Source: Mobula hypostoma
Taxonomy: Eukaryota
NCBI RefSeq assembly: GCF_963921235.1
Contig: NC_086097.1
Location: forward strand, 16,740,001 to 16,804,000
Length of the DNA: 64,000 nt
Direction: 5' to 3'
A program made the translations under genes and the position numbers. The stretch's first letter is position 1. Each line of letters begins with the position of its first letter. The notes under the pieces are model-generated. The model did no database searches. It saw only the letters and a program-made list of their open reading frames with translations, and was not told the origin of the DNA. Shown here piece by piece: positions 58,336 through 64,000 of the stretch.

Positions 58336-61300
58336 CTTTTTTGCTGTCTCTTTCCCTTTCTCTGCTTTTTCACTTTCTGGTACCTGTTGTGTGTGCCTCT
58401 GTGTCCCTATCATCCTTCTTTCAGTCCAGCTCACAACTCCACTTCTTCTGTTTCATAATTGTTTTTTTATTCTCCTTTGCAATCATTCTCGTCGTTTATC
58501 ATTCATCTGCACACATGCAATCTCGATCCCCACTGAACACTCAGTCACACAATGCTTCTCAATCCATGGCTGAAACCCAATCTCTTATTCTCTTGTGCAC
58601 CCTCTTACGGTCTTGCTTCCTCACATGTTCTCCCCATATCATGTGCTCCAACTGTTTCGCTCTTCCCTTGTCTTTTGCCTCTTTGCTCTCCTGACATTAA
58701 CCCTGGTGCTAGCTTACCACTTTGCCACTTTCAGATGGCTGCTCTTTGGCATCACATGCCCTCCTGCTTTCACTCCTCTCTCCATCACTGCACCCTGCCT
58801 TGCACAGCTACTTCTTCCATTTCCCTCATGGCACCCAGCCTGGGTGATGGATTTCTGAAATCTGAGGCTGCTCCTAGAACAATTTATTATTTGTGTTTTT
58901 TTTTTGCTGGAATGTTACTCACTTGTGTTCGAACAGTTTTTATCAGTTCACAATCTGAATCTGTCTCATATTTACCTGACAATACTGCTGAGTTGCTTTA
59001 CAAATATAAATTGTTCTTTTTTTAAAACTCACTTTACAATGTAAGGAAACAATTTTATTTCCTAAGTTCTTTTCCCCGTCAGTACAGCTTGCCTTACAGT
59101 AAACATTTCAATTGGCTGACCAATGACCTTACAACAATAGCGCTCAAAGTTCAGAGATGTTCTGCACTACTGAGCTGGGAATGGCTTCTCCGTTTGTGAG
59201 AGTTCCTCTATCCCAGGTGATAACACCAGCAATTTATAACTTCAAATGACATATTCTGATGAAGAATTCTGCCCTGCATTTGTAATTATGATTGTCACTA
59301 GCCAGAATTTCAAATTCAGTTCTCCAATACGCTATCCTATACCCAGAACTGGTGCCTTTTTTAAAAAAAAACTAGTTTTGCAAATTTGAAAATTATTCTG
59401 ACCTGCACTCTGGTGTCAAAAATAATGGGATGAGAGCAATTTTCTTTTGACAGTACATTCCACCAGAAGTAGAGTGTTGGTATAAAACCGTTTTGCAGTA
59501 GAGATTGATTCCAAAGATAATGTGAGGAGTTCTGTTCCCCACAAGAAATCTGTGCATGTTTTGTTTCGGCATCAGATTCACTTCTGAATTTAGGCCGCAT
59601 GTACGTTTGTAGCTTGGATATAATTTTTGGATGTAATTCTCACAAGGAACCATCTAAAGCTATGGAATCTTTTCCCCTGGAATTGAGACCCAGAAACAAT
59701 CAAGCAGGATAGCACATCTTTATGTTCATCATGCACTGGTGAAGGGTCAAGGTACAAATTGTTATTTTAAGATGGAAAACATTGTATTCAATTCAACACT
59801 GACTAGACTGCTTACTTTTATAGATCTCTGTTCATTCCAATCAATGAAGTCTGTCTGCCATCTTTCTCTTTGACAGTGCTGTGTGTTTTCAGTATTAAAC
59901 TCTGTTTCAGTTGATATGTTAATTATAACAATCATAAACTTAAGTTATGTGAAAATCAATTCAAATCTAATTATGTTCTCATGTAAATCAGGATTTTCTT
60001 TTTAATTAAGTCTAATGAAGTGATGCATTGCAAATCCAAACAGGAGAGCAGCAAGATGTTTAATAACTTATAAACAGGATGTAACTGTATTCTTTAAAGA
60101 AAATAATTTATCTTTTGGTGATATTATATTGCATTTTCTTAAAATTTATAAGAAGTTATATTAATAGTTGTGCATTTGCACAGTGATTTGAAATACTTTA
60201 TTAGACTAGGGGACGGTGGGAATCATCATTAGTTTATTGATGCTGTTTCACTAGTTGAGATGTTTTGGGGTTTTAATTTTCTTGTTTATAAGATGATTGT
60301 GAAGAAGACTGTCAGTGGGAGAGATTCAAGTGAAGACTATGAGGAGGTGGGGGGAGGGAGGTAAATTAATTTTCTTGTGCCATGACAAGTTTAATGGAAG
60401 TGAATTATCATAAGGAGATGAGTACTTTTGAAGAAAAGGTTTACGAAATATATTGGAAGGGAGTCCTCTGCAATACTTTGAGTGACTTTATTGACAGCAA
60501 TGGTGTGGAGTGTTGAGAGTATTGTATGAATATAGCAGGAGATTTTCTTTTCAGAGCTGTCATAGCATTGATTATATGGTGAATTTGTCTTGAGTAATGG
60601 AAAAAGAAAAATGAGGAGTAATCGCATTGAACAGTAGGCATACCTCTTCACATTTTTCTCTGGCAATTCAAAAACATCAGTTACTTAGCACCATTCTCCA
60701 GTTACTCAGCAAATACATTTACTATGATAGGATACTTAGAGAACTCAAGTGTATTGCTGCCAGATGAAATTCACGCACATTACAAAGCTGAACAAAGTCG
60801 GGATTTTAAGTTGGCAGATTTGATAAAAATGGTTATTTTTATTTTCTTTTAGCTTTCATTTTTGAAGCTGAAGAAGTAGTGTGTTTCTGTGCTGACAGCT
60901 ATAAAATTAATTTCGAAAGTGCACAAAAACAAGTTGTCTTATGATAGGAGACTGCATGGGATTCTTTTAGAAAATCACAGTTTGTTAGCTTCAGTACCAC
61001 TATTCAAGTAGAAAGTATGTCAGTGTGGAGCCCTTTGTTGTATAATGAGAAATGCAGGTGTAGAAACAGAAATTAAAGTATTGGCTCTGCCAGTAGGTTG
61101 AACAAGAGCGTAAAGTGTCAGAATGTATATTTTGAAAATTGGAAGTTTAAGCAGTTCCATTTTCTAATTCTTATGAAGGGCTTGGGTTTAAGTCGTTAAT
61201 TTGACCTTTCTCTTTGTTGTGACAATGGACATGCTCTATACAGTGTATTTCTTTTATTAAATGTATTTTGTTTAACATTTCATGTTGTTTGACTATTGTA

Positions 61301-61774
61301 AGGAATATAGAAGTCTACTCTTTTAATCTACCACATTCATGGCAGCTGTAGGTGGATGACAGCGATGTAAGGTGTGTCAGCTAGCCATTACTGATCCTGA
61401 TATCCTCTTTTAAGAAACAGATTAAAATCAGTATGTTTTAATTTTCAAGATGAGCCTGAGTTTTGCTGCAAACAAGGCAAAATCTTGGTTGTTGCAGTTC
61501 TGAGCATTGGCAAGAGGTCACACTCTGCAGGGATTCCCACCCTGTATCTTGGGAGCAATTTAATAACGGAAGGCGTTGAAGTTTATGAAAATACATTTAA
61601 TTCCCTCCTAGTCCCCTTCTAATACTGGAGTTTTGTGAGTCATCTGTAGTCATTCCAGTGCATTATTACAATCAGCCTATAACATATGACATAGTGGATT
61701 TCATGAGTAGTGTGTAAAGGAGTTGATAAAAGAGGACTGCGGCAAGAACTACCATGGTTCGTGGGGGCGGGGGG

Positions 61775-62063
61775 GGGCGCGCCATAGTAGCATAGCGGCT
61801 CGTGCAATCCTATTATGTTGGAGCTCGAAGTTCAATTCCGCCACTGTAAGGAGTTTGTACGTTCTGCTCCTGATCACATGAGTTTCCTCTGGGTACACTG
61901 ATTTCCTCCCGCAGTCCAAAGATGTACCAGTTAGTAAGTTATTTGGTCATTGTCAGTTGTTCTGTGATTAGATTAGTGTTAATTAGGTATGCTGCTAGGC
62001 TGCACGGCTTGAAGAGTCGGAAGGGCCTGTTCTGCACTGTATCTCTAAATAAAATAAAATAAA
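61775..62063 (+). mobile_element. tRNA-derived V-SINE/HE1-like SINE
   Basis: gttcaattccgccactgtaaggagtttgtacgttct...tttcctcccgcagtccaaaga; (TAAAA)n tail; homologous to 38015-38292. Confidence 0.75.
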
Positions 62064-64000
62064 TATTATACTACCTGCAAAGCTCTAATATTTATTGCTC
62101 CTCAGTTGGTACAGAGGTGATATTGGAGAATATATGAAATAAATGGAAGAACCAGAACTTTGCTTACACTGGATCACGTATTGCCCCCTTTTAGTATATT
62201 GATGAATGTTCTCACCATAACATTAGTACTGGCATACCAGGACGATTTTAATATTGTAACATTACATAGTGTTTGATTGTGATCTGAATGTTATTTATTT
62301 ATAAAAGATAAGTACAAATACTTTTATATTCTGACAAAAGTGCTTGATGCTATGGATACACGAGTTTTTTTCTGAATATTTATACTGTTTATGATTAAAA
62401 TGGGTGAATGAATATGTTATTTCTTATTGTTGGAGTCTTTCTAGAGATCGAAACTTAGTAACTGAAGAAAGTATCCCTTATCTCTTAATTCAAAACAGTT
62501 TGAGACTTCAGGGGCACTCATAACTTAATATTCAAATATATACATGTGTTACATCGTTATACAGACTGAAGCCACTTGGCCCATTGAAATGAGACTGGTC
62601 AAAAATGGAGTTACTTGGGTTATTCCTATTTCCCAGATCCCAGTAAGTAGCTCTGTGGGTCTTGATTCTTCAAATCATCTAGGTCTGTTTTTCATGTGAT
62701 GAAGGTTTCTACCTCATCACCCTTTCAGGCAAGAGGTTCCAGACCCTTGTAACTTTTTGGGTGAAATTTCATCAGCTGAATAGAGAGGATTTATGGATAT
62801 GTTTTTTTTCCCTAAGGCTGAGAGGAATGAACACCAGAAAAAACTATCAAGGATTATAAAAGGAGCAAATAAGAAGCAATATTTCAAGCTTAGTTGGTTG
62901 ACGTTTTGTTGTCTGTAATGGTACCAAAAGACAGAACTTTTTATATCAATTAATGATTATAAAGTTTATGATTGAGTGCAAACCCTGAACATATAATGGA
63001 GCCTTGGATAACTGCAGTAAAATTCCTGTAATAGGGCAACTGTTTGTTCAGATATTCGGATTTTTGTACCATCTTGCTCACTTGTTGGTCCAGAATATGA
63101 GCTGGATCCACAGCACAAATAAGGAGTGCAGCCAGGACTGAAGTCTGGATGCTGGGCTGGGCCTCGGGGTCCTGAACACAAAAGGATCAGGAACACAAAT
63201 AAGTTTGCAACCAGTGTCTAAAGTGCTTTATACTGTATTTACTGCTGTTTTCTGTCTGTAAAATTTATTTGTTTCCAGAATTTGGGTAATGCCAGATAGT
63301 GATTATTTCCCAATCTCGATTGTTTCTGAAATGAGTGGCTCTTCAGACTATTTAAGAAATCAATCAAGATTTAATCAGAGGTCATGGGCCAGATACAGGT
63401 AAATTGCAAATTTCCTTCCCTAAAGAACATAAATGAACTCAATAGTTTCTTTTTTATTGTGGGTTAGTAGTTTCTTGCTCATTATAATAGCTTCTTGTTC
63501 CAAAATTGTTTAGTTAATTGAATTTAAATTGACCAGCTGTAATGTATCTCTTACTCAAAGTCTTATTTCCAGCACAATCATGTTGGACTCTGAATACTAG
63601 CCTAGTAACTTAACCAGAATATTTCTGTACACCCCATTTACAGCTAATGGAGAGATATAACATTGGTTAATTCATAGCATTACAATGCAACACCATTTGA
63701 GTTAAGCTCCTTTTTAAAGAAGGAAAACTTTGATTAAAAACTTGGTGGTTTTCTTTTTTCAGCATGCATGTTGAGTTATATCCAAAATTACCTTGGGATA
63801 TAATGGGGTTAATATAGTTTCTGTCACTTGGTTCCTCAAAAATAGAAAGCTAATTTAACTTCATAATGTTTTTTGGAGCTTTTTTCCCCCCTGAAGATTT
63901 ATATGTTGGTAGATGTCAAGCATTAAATGAAGTGTTAAAGGAGGCTATTCAGTTTTATTGGAAGAACCATCCATTTCTCAGTTGCAGCATTCCCTGTTGC

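Noticed and set aside
58186..59025. Cluster of overlapping ORFs after AREL1
   Set aside because: Pyrimidine-rich low-complexity sequence plus a CR1 tail; no recognisable domain.
62966..63196. 76-aa minus-strand ORF as an exon of a neighbouring gene
   Set aside because: I recognise no homology and see no convincing splice sites.

Overview
This is vertebrate genomic DNA. The repeat landscape (CR1, Rex1/Babar-like, Neptune-type Penelope, V-SINE-like) suggests a cartilaginous fish such as a ray; that is inference. The window holds the last 16 coding exons of one + strand gene, AREL1 (KIAA0317), a filamin-like/Ig repeat plus HECT E3 ubiquitin ligase. The exons span 2689-56371 and splice by GT-AG introns into 2235 nt (744 aa + TAA) with no frameshift. 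The N-terminal exons lie upstream of the window. The introns are dense with nested transposons: the 5' end of an L1 inside a Tc1, many CR1 and Rex1-like LINEs, an IR/DR Tc1, an internally deleted hAT, a hAT MITE inside a solo LTR, tRNA-derived SINEs, and a very young Penelope-like element. That element has a perfect 92-bp inverted repeat, a 15-bp flanking duplication and a minimal hammerhead ribozyme motif, and is the most notable signal. Penelope hammerheads are a known class, so I do not claim a new system. There are no prokaryotic features. Exon, TIR and TSD coordinates were counted by hand; boundaries of degraded repeats are approximate.
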